Below, in pieces: positions 24,005 to 37,200 of a stretch of DNA of 64,000 nt. Position numbers and translations under genes: made by a program. This DNA is from Macrostomum lignano (taxonomy: Eukaryota). The stretch covers positions 17,063-81,062 of the forward strand of contig NIVC01003714.1 of the NCBI GenBank assembly GCA_002269645.1, given 5' to 3'. A model generated the notes under the pieces. It searched no databases, had not been told where the DNA came from, and saw only the letters and a program-made list of their open reading frames with translations. Positions within the stretch are counted from its first letter, which is position 1. The number at the start of each line of letters is the position of its first letter.

Positions 24005-25299
24005 CTTTCTAGGCTTCTTAATCACAACTTTCTTTCGCTTTAGACTACTGAAATTGCTGGACAGTAGCAAGTATGGAAAACTATCGTTAAATTATAGTAG
24101 ACATCAGTAAAAAAAGTACATCATTGTTAGTGATAATGCCAGAGGTATTTGCGCCCCGGATGGGCCAGTTGGTAATTTGATGCTCATGCTACTTTCGATT
24201 GGGCGTCTGCTGGAATTTTTGGTCCAATTAAAATTAAAACTAAATGTTACCATAGACTTCTCTGCTCTTTCCGACGACTTTTATTGGCTCACTTATCGAT
24301 CGCTTCCCCTAGGCCTAGCCCAACCCTCCGACCGCCTCTTCCGCACCCGAAATCTCTTACCCCGAGGCCCCCCTGCCCCATTTTATTTGCCTTCCCCAGC
24401 CATGTACATTTTCAGAGGCGCCGGCTAATAATGTACATTTCAGACTGCACTGATAGCAGGGTTCTTTTACGCTTCAGCTGTTTTCTGTACGTTTTCGTCC
24501 AAACTTAATGTCCTGACGAACAAATTAAGGAAGTCATGCGCACTCTTATGCCCAACAGAAAGTAGACTGGGTGCATTTTGTAAGAAAATTTATCGAGTGG
24601 CTTATGTAAAGGGGTTTCAATATGAAACTGGCTTACTTTTGCTACTGCCTACCCTTCAGTGGTACACAAGGTTCACATATCCTTTTAATGGCATTAGCAT
24701 CATTGCAGCATAAATTAAATATTCGCTGTGATTCCATTGATGAGCCTGCTTGCCCGCTTGCCTATTGTGAAATATTCATGCTTTCCGGCAATCCATGTTT
24801 CACCAGAATTAGTCAAATTTTTAATGCCCTAATCATTGCTTGCGTCTCGCTACAGTTTTTGCTCTGTCTCTGCTTAAGTTTGCTTAATTAGAATTTAAAG
24901 TGCTTACAGAATTGTCTATCTGGCGATGCATTTGAGTGTTGAGCTGGGTTGAAAGCAAAGCTGTTAATTGTTTTTGTTAAAATTAGTAAACAATGCTTCC
25001 ATGCCTAATCCAGCCTCGATAGTTGCTTTTAGCACTCGCATTTTGTTACAATGCCGCACATCTTGATTGCTTATTAATGCAGTGTAAAGCAGAAAAGAAC
25101 TTTCTGTTTCTTGCTGTATTTGTCTGCTTAACGATTGAAGGCAATTTGTTTTGCAAAAAAGCTTTGGTTTATTTATTAGAGCACTGTACATTTAACTCAG
25201 TTGTTGTGTATGCCAATTGTATATCTTTATGCCTCATAAAGCACACGCCCTACTCACTGGAAGTTTACAAACGTAGAAATGCCTCCTAATCTGCCTTGC

Positions 25300-25650
25300 C
25301 CTCTTTCCTTTTTCACCCACTCCCTACGATATACACGCTCAGAAAGTCTCTTCCCCTGGCCTTGCCTTCTATTTTTCTACCCCGCGAAGCGCCCACCTCA
25401 TTCCCAGGATGTACACACTCCCTTCTAATTTCCTACCCCGCGAAGCGCCCATCCCCCTCTCAAGATGTACACACTCAGTGAAAGTCTCTTCCCCTGGGTC
25501 TTGCCTTCTAATTTCCTACCCCGCGAAGCGCCCACCTCACTCCCAGTATGTACACGCTCAGTGAAGGTCTCTTCCCCTGGCCTTGCCTTCTACGAGTACG
25601 AGCGCATTATAATTTCCTATCCCGCGAAGCACCCACCCGATTCCCTAGAT
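25300..25650. repeat. Degenerate direct repeats (TTTCCTACCCCGCGAAGCGCCCA.. / AAGTCTCTTCCCCTGGCCTTGCCTTCTA)
   Basis: 3-5 imperfect copies of each sub-block. Confidence 0.75.
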
Positions 25651-26045
25651 GTGTAAATATAAACTATATAAAAACTGTTGTTCGCTAACATTGGCTCTCG
25701 CTTCCTCTGTCAGTAGTAGTTTTATTAAAAACAAAACTATAATAAGTATATGGCTTTCCCTTGTATTATGCTTTGTCAAAATTTTTCCAAGTTTATTCGA
25801 CTAGCTCTATTATGTACTTGAGATTTCGTTCCTAAATACAAAACACACACCGAAAATGAAGATGTAAATATTAAAACATCGCATCAAAAACGTTGTCACT
25901 ATTGCCCAGTAAGATGTAATTTTCATTGTTTTTGAGTAAAAAATGATTGCGAAATTCTACGAATTGAAACTTTGATAATCAAATATACATTCCAATTGGG
26001 CGTTGAAGAGACTAAGGTTCAGTCTACGCACAGACAGACGCACAC

Positions 26046-27478
26046 TTGGCTTACATAATGGATTGGGGTGGAGCTTGGCGTACATAATGGATTGGGGTGG
26101 AGCTTGGCGTACATAATGGACTGGGGTGGAGCTTGGCGTACATAATGGATTGGGGTGGAGCTTGGCGTACATAATGGATTGGGTGGGGCTTGGCGTACAT
26201 AATGGATTGGGGTGGAGCTTGGCGTACATAATGGATTGGGGTGGAGCTTGGCGTACATAATGGATTGGGGTGGAGCTTGGCGTACATAATGGATTGGGTG
26301 GGGCTTGGCGTACATAATGGATTGGGGTGGAGCTTGGCGTACATAATGGATTGGGGTGGAGCTTGGCGTACATAATGGATTGGGGTGGAGCTTGGCGTAC
26401 ATAATGGATTGGGTGGGGCTTGGCGTACATAATGGATTGGGGTGGAGCTTGGCGTACATAATGGATTGGGGTGGAGCTTGGCGTACATAATGGATTGGGG
26501 TGGAGCTTGGCGTACATAATGGATTGGGGTGGGCTTGGCGTACATAATGGATTGGGGTGGAGCTTGGCGTACATAATGGATTGGGGTGGAGCTTGGCGTA
26601 CATAATGGATTGGGTGGGGCTTGGCGTACATAATGGATTGGGTGGAGCTTGGCGTACATAATGGATTGGGGTGGAGCTTGGCGTACATAATGGATTGGGT
26701 GGGGCTTGGCGTACATAATGGATTGGGGTGGAGCTTGGCGTACATAATGGATTGGGTGGGGCTTGGCGTACATAATGGATTGGGGTGGAGCTTGGCGTAC
26801 ATAATGGATTGGGTGGGGCTTGGCGTACATAATGGATTGGGGTGGAGCTTGGCGTACATAATGGATTGGGGTGGAGCTTGGCGTACATAATGGATTGGGT
26901 GGGGCTTGGCGTACATAATGGATTGGGGTGGAGCTTGGCGTACATAATGGATTGGGGTGGAGCTTGGCGTACATAATGGATTGGGGTGGGGCTTGGCGTA
27001 CATAATGGATTGGGTGGGGCTTGGCGTACATAATGGATTGGGGTGGAGCTTGGCGTACATAATGGATTGGGGTGGAGCTTGGCGTACATAATGGATTGGG
27101 TGGAGCTTGGCGTACATAATGGATTGGGGTGGGGCTTGGTGTACATAATGGATTGGGTGGGGCTTGGCGTACATAATGGATTGGGTGGGGCTTGGCGTAC
27201 ATAATGGATTGGGGTGGAGCTTGGCGTACATAATGGATTGGGTGGGGCTTGGCGTACATAATGGACTGGGGTGGAGCTTGGCGTACATAATGGATTGGGG
27301 TGGAGCTTGGCGTATATAATGGATTGGGTGGGGCTTGGCGTACATAATGGATTGGGTGGGGCTTGGCGTACATAATGGACTGGGGGTGGGGCTTGGCGTA
27401 CATAATGGATTGGGGTGGGGCTTGGTGTACATAATGAATTGGGGTGGGGCTTGGCGTACATAATGGATTAAGGTGGGG
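26046..27478. repeat. 28/29-bp G-rich minisatellite (GGCGTACATAATGGATTGGGGTGGAGCTT)n
   Basis: Visible ~1.4-kb array. Confidence 0.97.
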
Positions 27479-28455
27479 TACACCAATCAATTTTAGAATC
27501 ATTAGAAGATATATACATGTACGAGCTAACAATTAAGTGACGTCGCGTGCCATTATTGTTACGTGGCTTTGAAAATCCCCAGAATAGATTTACAAAAAGG
27601 TAAAGCCTAAGTAAGGAGGCAAGGCTAGAGTAAAATCGGCGGGCATAAATGATGAGGCAGCCAAGACAATAGAATGCCGCAAGCAAGTAGGAGTTCACAG
27701 TGGAATGCAGCAGCGCATGACAAAACTATAGCAGCCAGCATCCGTTTCAGAGAGACATCAAAGGCGAGGCGGCTAACTGGCCCATGCGGTTGACAGGCGG
27801 ACACGGCCCGGCGCGGAGGCCGCTTCAGGGGAGGAACAGCTGGCGCAGCCAAGACCGACCGCCAACCCCGAAGGAGCGTACAGCTTTACTTCTTTGAGTT
27901 AAAGTGAAGAAAAACGCGATGTTTTCCGTTGTAAGCTCTCAAAAATACAGCAGAATCCGCTAGACAACATAAAGGCTATACGCAGTTGATAAAGAGAGCT
28001 TTACAAGTGTAATGTTAAGAATTTCGGCGTGATCATAATTACAATTTTAAAAACACTTGATGGTTGGGATGGCACACTGCAGTGGTACATCCTCCTTGGT
28101 GAGAAATGAAGGGGTGCAAAACAGAGGGAAAGAGAAGCCACAGGAAACAGAAGTACGGCCAGAACTGCGTCTTTCGTTAATTAGCGCGCTCTCAAGGTGC
28201 CCGTTGCTAGGAACGCCAATGCCTCTCCTCTCTGCTCCCCACCTCTCCTTCCCCCTAAGACTGAAGCGGACAATTAGCATCGGAACAAGGACCACTAGTA
28301 TGGACATTTTTGCATCGGAAGCGATGCAGCGAGATGCAAAAATGACTTAAAATAGATGGGCTTTGGACTCTGGCACGGACCAACTGTTGACAGTTGCAAC
28401 AGTGCATGGCAACAAGCAATTTTTAGCATCCAAGCTGCATTCATTCCCGATAAAT

Positions 28456-31112
28456 ATGCACGAAAAAAACAGTAGGACTGCAGAGCACACTTTGTTCTTG
28501 AAAGTGCGAGCCTCAACCCTTCTGCTGGCAGTTCTGTGCTGCCTCGCCCTGCGCCACTCCATGGCTGCCGAATTCGATCCTCTGGGCTGCTTATTCGACT
28601 TCTCGGAAGATGGGAGCCGCGACCTCAATGGCCTGGCGGGCTGGTCCAACGTCGGGTCCTACCCGGTGGGCGATAAGCACGTAGTCGTCGGCGACTTGAC
28701 TCTGAAACTGTGCAGCACAATCTTCGGCTACGGCAACTTCAAGTACTTCGGCGTCCAATTCCACATCGAATGCTATTGCGGCAACTCGTACGGCAGTTTT
28801 GGCGCGGCACCCGACGCCGACTGCTACGCCAAATGCGCTGGCAACCCCGCCCAGATGTGCGGAGGAGCAATGCGGATCTCCGTGTACCGCCAGATCTACC
28901 TGCGCTCCGGTGAGGCAACAGCTTGATTCCAGAATTTGGTGCAGTGCAGCGTTTAGGCCTACCTTGACCGACTATTCAAAAGCATTCGATATTAGTTAAT
29001 AGAATATTAGAAAATATCTCAGCAAGTTTGATGAAAATCGACTTTAGCTGTTTGTCCCTTCAACCAGCAATAAACTTGTGAAACCCTCAGACCAAGACAC
29101 CCTTCAACCAGCAATAAACTTGTGAAACCCTCAGACCAAGACACCCTTCAACCAGCAATAAACTTGTGAAACCCTCAGACCAAGACACCCTTCAACCAGC
29201 AATAAACTTGTGAAACCCTCAGACCAAGACACCCTTCAACCAGCAATAAACTTGTGAAACCCTCAGACCAAGACACCCTTCAACCAGCAATAAACTTGTG
29301 AAACCCTCAGACCAAGACACCCTTCAACCAGCAATAAACTTGTGAAACCCTCAGACCAAGACACCCTTCAACCAGCAATAAACTTGTGAAACCCTCAGAC
29401 CAAGACACCCTTCAACCAGCAATAAACTTGTGAAACCCTCAGACCAAGACACCCTTCAACCAGCAATAAACTTGTGAAACCCTCAGACCAAGACACCCTT
29501 CAACCAGCAATATACTTGTGAAACCCTCAGACCAAGACACCCTTCAACCAGCAATAAACTTGTGAAACCCTCAGACCAAGACACCCTTCAACCAGCAATA
29601 TACTTGTGAAACCCTCAGACCAAGACACCCTTCAACCAGCAATATACTTGTGAAACCCTCAGACCAAGACACCCTTCAACCAGCAATAAACTTGTGAAAC
29701 CCTCAGACCAAGACACCCTTCAATCAGCAATAAACTTGTGAAACCCTCAGACCAAGACACCCTTCAATCAGCAATAAACTTGTGAAACCCTCAGACCAAG
29801 ACACCCTTCAATCAGCAATAAACTTGTGAAACCCTCAGACCAAGACACCCTTCAACCAGCAATAAACTTGTGAAACCCTCAGACCAAGACACCCTTCAAC
29901 CAGCAATAAACTTGTGAAACCCTCAGACCAAGACACCCTTCAACCAGCAATAAACTTGTGAAACCCTCAGACCAAGACACCCTTCAATCAGCAATAAACT
30001 TGTGAAGCCCTCAGACCAAGACACCCTTCAACCAGCAATAAACTTGTGAAACCACCTCAGACCAAGACACCCTTCAACCAGCAATAAACTTGTGAAACCC
30101 TCAGACCAAGACACCCTTCAACCAGCAATAAACTTGTGAAACCCTCAGACCAAGACACCCTTCAACCAGCAATAAACTTGTGAAACCACCTCAGACCAAG
30201 ACACCCTTCAACCAGCAATAAACTTGTGAAACCCTCAGACCAAGACACCCTTCAACCAGCAATAAACTTGTGAAACCCTCAGACCAAGACACCCTTCAAT
30301 CAGCAATAAACTTGTGAAACCACCTCAGACCAAGGCACCCTTCAACCAGCAATAAACTTGTGAAACCCTCAGACCAAGACACCCTTCAACCAGCAATAAA
30401 CTTGTGAAACCCTCAGACCAAGACACCCTTCAACCAGCAATAAACTTGTGAAACCCTCAGACCAAGACACCCTTCAACCAGCAATAAACTTGTGAAACCC
30501 TCAGACCAAGACACCCTTCAACCAGCAATAAACTTGTGAAACCCTCAGACCAAGACACCCTTCAATCAGCAATAAACTTGTGAAACCCTCAGACCAAGAC
30601 ACCCTTCAACCAGCAATAAACTTGTGAAACCACCTCAGACCAAGACACCCTTCAACCAGCAATAAACTTGTGAAACCCCCAGACCAAGACACCCTTCAAC
30701 CAGCAATAAACTTGTGAAACCCTCAGACCAAGACACACGCTCGCTGCGAATAAACCGCTCCATACTTACACCAGATCAATAACACTGTATGCTTTCTCAG
30801 CGACATTGGGCCTGCAATTAGTTTTTATCGTTACTATCAGCGGAACTTCCAAGATCTCAACCGTGCAAATTTCCCTTGTTCCCGTGCAATGTGTTCACTC
30901 GGTCCGAAAAAGTCTACCTGAACGTAACATCCTCTAGTGGGCCCCTCTACCGGACCGTGCAGCCCGTGACGGACCTGACCGACTGCATACTCAGCTGCGG
31001 TGCCGACTGCCAGGCCGTGCTGTTCCACCTGGACGCCTGCTACCTGCTGAGACTGCCCGTTCTGCCGCACGAGCTACAGGACGTACCTGGGGAATTATTC
31101 CTTCGCGTGTGA
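28456..31112 (+). CDS. Small secreted WSC-domain protein with C-terminal PAN/Apple-like module
   Basis: Hydrophobic signal-like stretch (TLLLAVLCCLAL), then a WSC pattern LGC..D...RDL...LT.KLC...YFGVQ..ECYCG.SYG.FG.....C...CAGNP.QMCGG.MRISVY. Donor at 28910, in-phase acceptor at 30840, and a last exon with DC..SC..DCQAV.F....CYL ending TGA 31112. Start codon uncertain. Confidence 0.75.
29056..30737. repeat. 44-bp minisatellite in the WSC-gene intron
   Basis: (CCTTCAACCAGCAATAAACTTGTGAAACCCTCAGACCAAGACAC)n, highly homogeneous. Confidence 0.97.
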
Positions 31113-31277
31113 GAGACTGCGGCTGCCCACTGGCTGCGACAACAGCTGAGTGATTAAAACAAACTCTTGAACGCTTCGCCCCCAATGTCACACCGAGTCT
31201 GCGGTTGAGTCTGGCTTCTGCATTATGAACGGCTGATTTGTAGTAAACTATCCCTAACAAAATAGATCGAAGTTTTT

Positions 31278-31592
31278 AACCAATGTAAGCTCTGACTCAG
31301 CAAGCTCTGTCATTGCTAACTGAGCAAGCCTTTAACCCAATGTAAGCTGTCTCATTGGTGACTCAGCAAGCCTTTAACCCAATGTAAGCTCTGTCCCATT
31401 GCTGACTCAACAAGCCTTTAACCCAATGTAAGCTCTGTCTCATTGGTGACTCAACAAGCCTTTAACCCAATGTAAGCTCTGTCTCATTGGTGACTCAACA
31501 AGCCTTTAACCCAATGTAAGCTCTGTCTCATTGCTGGCTCAGCAAGCCTTTAACCCAATGTAAGCTCTGTCTCATTGCTGGCTCAGCAAGCC
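31278..31592. repeat. ~44-bp tandem repeat (AAGCCTTTAACCCAATGTAAGCTCTGTCTCATTG..)
   Basis: About 7 copies. Confidence 0.9.
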
Positions 31593-32119
31593 TTAATTGC
31601 TGGTCTTGATTCCTGGATCAATTTTAGGATGCAAAGTGATTGCACTGCTGCATCGTCCATGCATCCGCACTGCACAAAGTTATGCACTGCAAAAATCAAT
31701 AACGAAGCAAAAAATCCCGACAATTACAACGCAAAAGTTTATCGAGATTTTTCTTATCACGCGACACAAATCAAAGCTTGAAAAAATCGTTGCTTATATA
31801 AGCGTTGACAAGAGTAGTATATTTTGAATTTTGTTGCGGAAGTCCCCGCCAGTAAAAAAATTTATAAAAGCGGTGCAAGACAATTACAATGAGACCACAT
31901 CTGAGCTTCGTAGAGCCTGCAGGTGACAACTTAGAATGCTGAAGCAGACAAAAAATTGTTTAGACATAATATGAAATATTGCAATCAACAACATAGAATG
32001 GATGCAGAGCCTTAATAAACAGTGCAGGCGGACAGGACTCTGCGGACATCAATACTGCAGCTACACGACCAGCACTGCTACCATGAAAAAGCTGCCCGAA
32101 AACTGCTCGAGTAGTTAAG

Positions 32120-33014
32120 AATCCCTTCATACTACTTACAGTCGGGTAGAATACAATCCCAACATAATACTTACAGTCGAGTAGAATACAATCCCATCAT
32201 ACTACTTACAGTCAGATAGAATACAATCCCATCACACTACTTACACTTGAGTAGTATAAAATCCCATCATACTACTTACAGTCAAGTAGAATACAATCCC
32301 ATCATACTACTTACAGTCAGATAGAATACAATCCCATCATACTACTTACAGTCGGGTAACAATCCCATTATACTACTTACAGTTAGGTAGAATACAATCC
32401 CAACATAATGCTTACAGTCGAGTAGAATACAATCACATCATACTACTTAACATTTAGGTAGAATACAATCCCATCATACTACTTACAGTCGAGTAGAATA
32501 CAATCACATCATACTACTTACAGTCGAGTAGAATACAATCACATCATACTACTTAACATTTAGGTAGAATACAATCCCATCATACTACTTACAGTCGAGT
32601 AGAATACAATCCCATCATACTACTTACAGTCGAGTAGAATACAATCACATCATACTACTTACAGTCGAGTAGAATACAATCCCATCATACTACTTACAGT
32701 CGAGTAGAATACAATCACATCATACTACTTAACATTTAGGTAGAATACAATCCCATCATACTACTTACAGTCGAGTAGAATACAATCCCATCATACTACT
32801 TACAGTCGAGTAGAATACAATCCCATCATACTACTTACAGTCGAGTAGAATACAATCCCATCATACTACTTACAGTCGAGTAGAATACAATCACATCATA
32901 CTACTTAACATTTAGGTAGAATACAATCCCATCATACTACTTACAGTCGAGTAGAATACAATCCCATCATACTACTTACAGTCGAGTAGAATACAATCCC
33001 ATCATACTACTTAC
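32120..33014. repeat. 35-bp minisatellite (AGTAGAATACAATCCCATCATACTACTTACAGTCG)n
   Basis: Visible. Confidence 0.95.
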
Positions 33015-33644
33015 CGCAGCTGTCAGTAGCATAAAGGGCGAGCGGCATCGCAATTAAGGGCGCACAAAGCAAACGCAGAGCGAGAATTGCAGGATTCGGG
33101 AAACGTGGATAAAATATTCGGCAAGCAGCGAGACTGACATAAACAGAAAAAATGGTTTAAATAATTGCGGGACAGAATATCAGCGGGCAGTGCTACAGAT
33201 TCTATTCTAAAGCAAAAAATAAAGATGAAAAATCGAACAGAATGTCAAAGCTTTCCGGTGCCGAACCTCGTGGACCGGCGTGCGTCCAGATCGATCGGCT
33301 GATTGGATAAAGATCAAACAGGTGGCATCAGTCTGACAGGCTATGATAAAATATCAGCTTCGTATTAATAAGCGCAAGTATAGAATAGACAGCAGGCTGA
33401 CAAATGCGAGACCAACAACACATTTCTACTGCGGCTTCGATGCTGAATACAAAAAATACACATTAGCCGGCTGTACAAAATCACAACAGTTACAGAATTA
33501 ATATGGCATAAAACTAAAATTCCTTAAGCCAAAATTGTGTGATGAATTATTTGTTACTCCACATTTCATAAAATCTAGAGTGTTAAATTTCGGTTTCAAA
33601 ATTTTTTTTCTGCTGTCCGCAGTAAAACAGACAGAGTTTAGTAG

Positions 33645-34105
33645 ACTGGCGTGGTCTGGGGTGCGTGTTGAGGTTAGAGTTGGAGGGCTTGGTCTGGGGT
33701 GCGTGTTAAGGTTAGAGTTGGAGGGCTTGGTCTGGGGTGCGTGTTAAGGTTAGAGTTGGAGGGCTTGGTCTGGGGTGCGTGTTAAGGTTAGAGTTGGAGG
33801 GCTGGGTCTGGGGTGCGTGTACATTGGGGTTAGAGTTGGAGGGCTGGGTCTGGGGTGCGTGTACATTGGGGTTAGAGTTGGAGGGCTGGGTCTGGGGTGC
33901 GTGTACATTGGGGTTAGAGTTGGAGGGCTGGGTCTGGGGTGCGTGTACATTGGGGTTAGAGTTGGAGGGCTTGGTCTGGGGTGCGTGTACATTGGGGTTA
34001 GAGTTGGAGGGCTTGGTCTGAGGCGTGTGTTCATTGAGGTTAGAGTTGGAGGGCTTGGGTGCGTGTACATTGGGGTTAGAGTTGGAGGGCTTGGTCTGGG
34101 GTTGG
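33645..34105. repeat. 40/42-bp G-rich minisatellite
   Basis: GGGGTTAGAGTTGGAGGGCTGGGTCTGGGGTGCGTGTACATT units. Confidence 0.93.
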
Positions 34106-34268
34106 AGCGCTGTTAAGGAGGGTTTCTAGTTTATGTAGTTCAAATGGTCGATTTTTAAAAAAGTGATTTTTTTGAGAATACTTGTTTTCGGAAAATTGTT
34201 TGTTGCAAACAATGGGACAAATATTTGGGTTTCGAGTTTTAAAATTTGGAACTGGGCAGGTTCAGCCC

Positions 34269-37200
34269 TCACCAGACGGTGCATTTTTTCACCGGGTTCA
34301 TCCGAGCCCCGGCCGGGCATTTAAAGACGCCACCAAAGTCGTGGTTGTTGCTGATAGGCCCCCACACCCGCATCTTGCCGGGCGGGTGCGGGTCCACCTT
34401 CGCCGACTGGCGCACCGACTCCTTGGTCTCCAGCTCGCACCAGGTCTGCGCGGCGATACAAAGGAGAAGTGAGAGATCGATTTAAACTACTGAGAAAAGT
34501 AGACAAATAAAGATTTGAAACGTAAAATCTTTCACAAAGCCCGATTATTCATCGCCATAAAAGAAACACCTGTGCACACTGAGAGAGGACGGCGTGTGGC
34601 AATGGCTGGCTGATAAAGACTGCTGAGCAAAGTTCGACCCTACTTTGAGTTTGTCACACGAAAAGGCCGCTTTGGGGCTAAGGGATTTTAGAAGTTAGGA
34701 CAATTCACTACAGGAAGTGAGAATCTTTGGGAAGCGGAGATCACGGGAATTCTGGGGAATTCGGAAATTCGGAAAGATTCGGAAATTAGGGACTATACTA
34801 TTTTGGGGATTCGGGAATTGGGGGTTCGGGAATTGGGGGTTCGGGAATTAGGGATTTGGAAATTGGGGATTCAGGAATTGGGGATTCGGGAATTAAAGAT
34901 TCGGGAATTGGAGATTAGGGAATTGGGGATTCGGGAATTGGAGATTAGGGAATTGGGGATTCGGGAATTGGAGATTAGGGAATTGGGGATTCGGGAATTG
35001 GAGATTAGGGAATTGGGGATTCGGGAATTGGAGATTAGGGAATTGGGGATTCGGGAATTGGAGATTAGGGAATTGGGGATTCGGGAATTGGAGATTAGGG
35101 AATTGGGGATTCGGGAATTGGAGATTAGGGAATTGGGGATTCGGGAATTGGAGATTAGGGAATTGGGGATTCGGGAATTGGAGATTAGGGAATTGGGGAT
35201 TCGGGAATTGGAGATTAGGGAATCAGGGATTCGGAAATTGGGGAATCGGGAATTGGAGATTAGGGAATTGGGAATTCGGGAATTGGAGATTAGGGAATTG
35301 GGGATTCGGGAATTGGAGATTAGGGAATCAGGGATTCGGAAATTGGGGAATCGGGAATTGGAGATTAGGGAATTGGGGAGCAGGGAGAAACTGAAAAGCA
35401 CGGCAGCTAAGAGATGTGAAATCTTGGGTGGGATAAAATCAAAGCTGGAGGCGGGACCAGCACAGTTGAACAAGGCAGCCTCATTAGGCTTAGAGCAGCG
35501 GGCCAGGATTCTCACCTGTGAGTAGGCGATGAATAGCAGCTGCTCTTTGGTGAATCGCTCGTTGAGGTTGGGCAGCAGGGGCTCCGGCAGCAGGTTTGCC
35601 CTGTCCTTGTAGGCCTGCGGAGTATCGAGGATGGGCGGAAAACTACTTGGGGATTTCGTTAAATTTCGCAAATTTTTTTTCCTTTCGATTACAAAAGCTG
35701 AAGGTAACCTCCTAAGGAACCGGCGCCAACACCAAAGTGCCCTCAGCAACCAATGCGAAACCGCTCACGCCACTCAGGATGCATATTTGCATAGCAACAG
35801 TCTCCAACCTGCACTTAATATTCTCTAACTTGCCCTAGTAACCGTCTCCGACATCTCCTAGAGCCGTCTCTAACATCCCCCCTAGCAACCGTCTCTAACA
35901 TTGCCATAATCCTAGCAACCGAATTCTCCATGCCCTAGCAACCAGATCATCCATACCCTAGCAACCGTATCTTCCATACCCTAGCAACCGTATCCTCCAT
36001 ACCCAAGCAACCGTATCCGTAATCCCCCAACAACCGTATCCGCAATCGTATAGCAACTTTATTCACAATTCCCTAGCAAACGTATCCACAATTCCCTAGC
36101 AACCGTCTCCAATATCCTCCTAGCAACCGTCTCTAACATTGCCATAACAACCGTTTTTAATAACTCTAGCAACCGTTATCCACTATGCCCTAGCAACCAT
36201 ATCCTAGCAACCATCATCCGCGCGCAGCTCACCCTGTAGGCGCTCTTCAGCCCGCCGTTGTCGGCGATGCTCTCGCCCAGCACGAGCTGCCCGGGCACCC
36301 GCACGTCGCCGTCAACCACGAAGTCCTCGTACTGCTTGGCGATGCAGGCGGCCGCTTCCTTGAAGGACTGGGCGGTGCGGTTGCTCCACCACTGCCGCTG
36401 GTTGCCGTTTCTGTCGAAGTTCTTGCCGTCGTCGTCGAAGCCGTGGGTGACCTCGTGGCCGATGACGGCCCCGATGGCGCCGTAGCTGATGTACGGCGGG
36501 AACTGCGCCTGGTAGAACGGGCGCTGCAGGATGCCGGCGGGGAAGGCGATCACGTTTGAGGAGGGCGAGTAGTAGGCGTTGATGGACTGCGGCGTCATTT
36601 CGAACTCGACCTTCACGGGTTCGGCCAGTTTGGCGATAGACTTCACGTGGCCGAGCCGCTGGATCTTCAGCAGGTTGTTGAAATATTCGCCGGATGCGAA
36701 CCGGAAGCTGCCGAATTCCTCGCGCATTGCCGTCTCGTTGCCGAAGTAGTCCGGGTAGCCGACCAGGTTGCGGATGCCCACCAGCTTCGCCATCGCCAGC
36801 CGCCTGGTGGTCGCGTCCATCCACGCCGCCTCCTGCAGGCTGCGGTTGAAGGCCGCCTTCACGTCGTTGATCATGGAGTTCACCGCCAGCTTCGACTCGT
36901 CGTCGAAGTGCTGATCGACGTACAGCTTGCCGAGCCCGAAGCCGAACATGCCGCTGACGGAGCGGACGCACAGAGCCCACGGGTTAGGCGAGCCGTGCAC
37001 GCCATCCGTGATGTGGTGCAGCTTGCGGGGAATGGCAGCGGCTTCCTTGTTGAGCACAGACAGGAAGATCCACACAGACCGGATGAGCAGGTAGTTGTTC
37101 ACGGTGCTGAGGTGGCGGTGCATGGGGGTTGCTCAGGTGTCGCTCAGACCCTGTGGGAGCTGCTCAGACCCAGTGGGAGCTGCTCAGACCCAGTGGGAGC

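Noticed and set aside
29056-30737. CRISPR-like appearance of the 44-bp array (also the 35-bp array at 48211-50534 and the 50-bp array at 51092)
   Set aside because: Units are contiguous with no unique spacers, there are no cas genes, and the context is eukaryotic introns/UTR.
36255-36285. GESIAD instead of GENIAD in neprilysin as a sign of inactivity
   Set aside because: The zinc ligands (HEVTH, E) and Asp, the NAYY motif and the C-terminal His are all retained.
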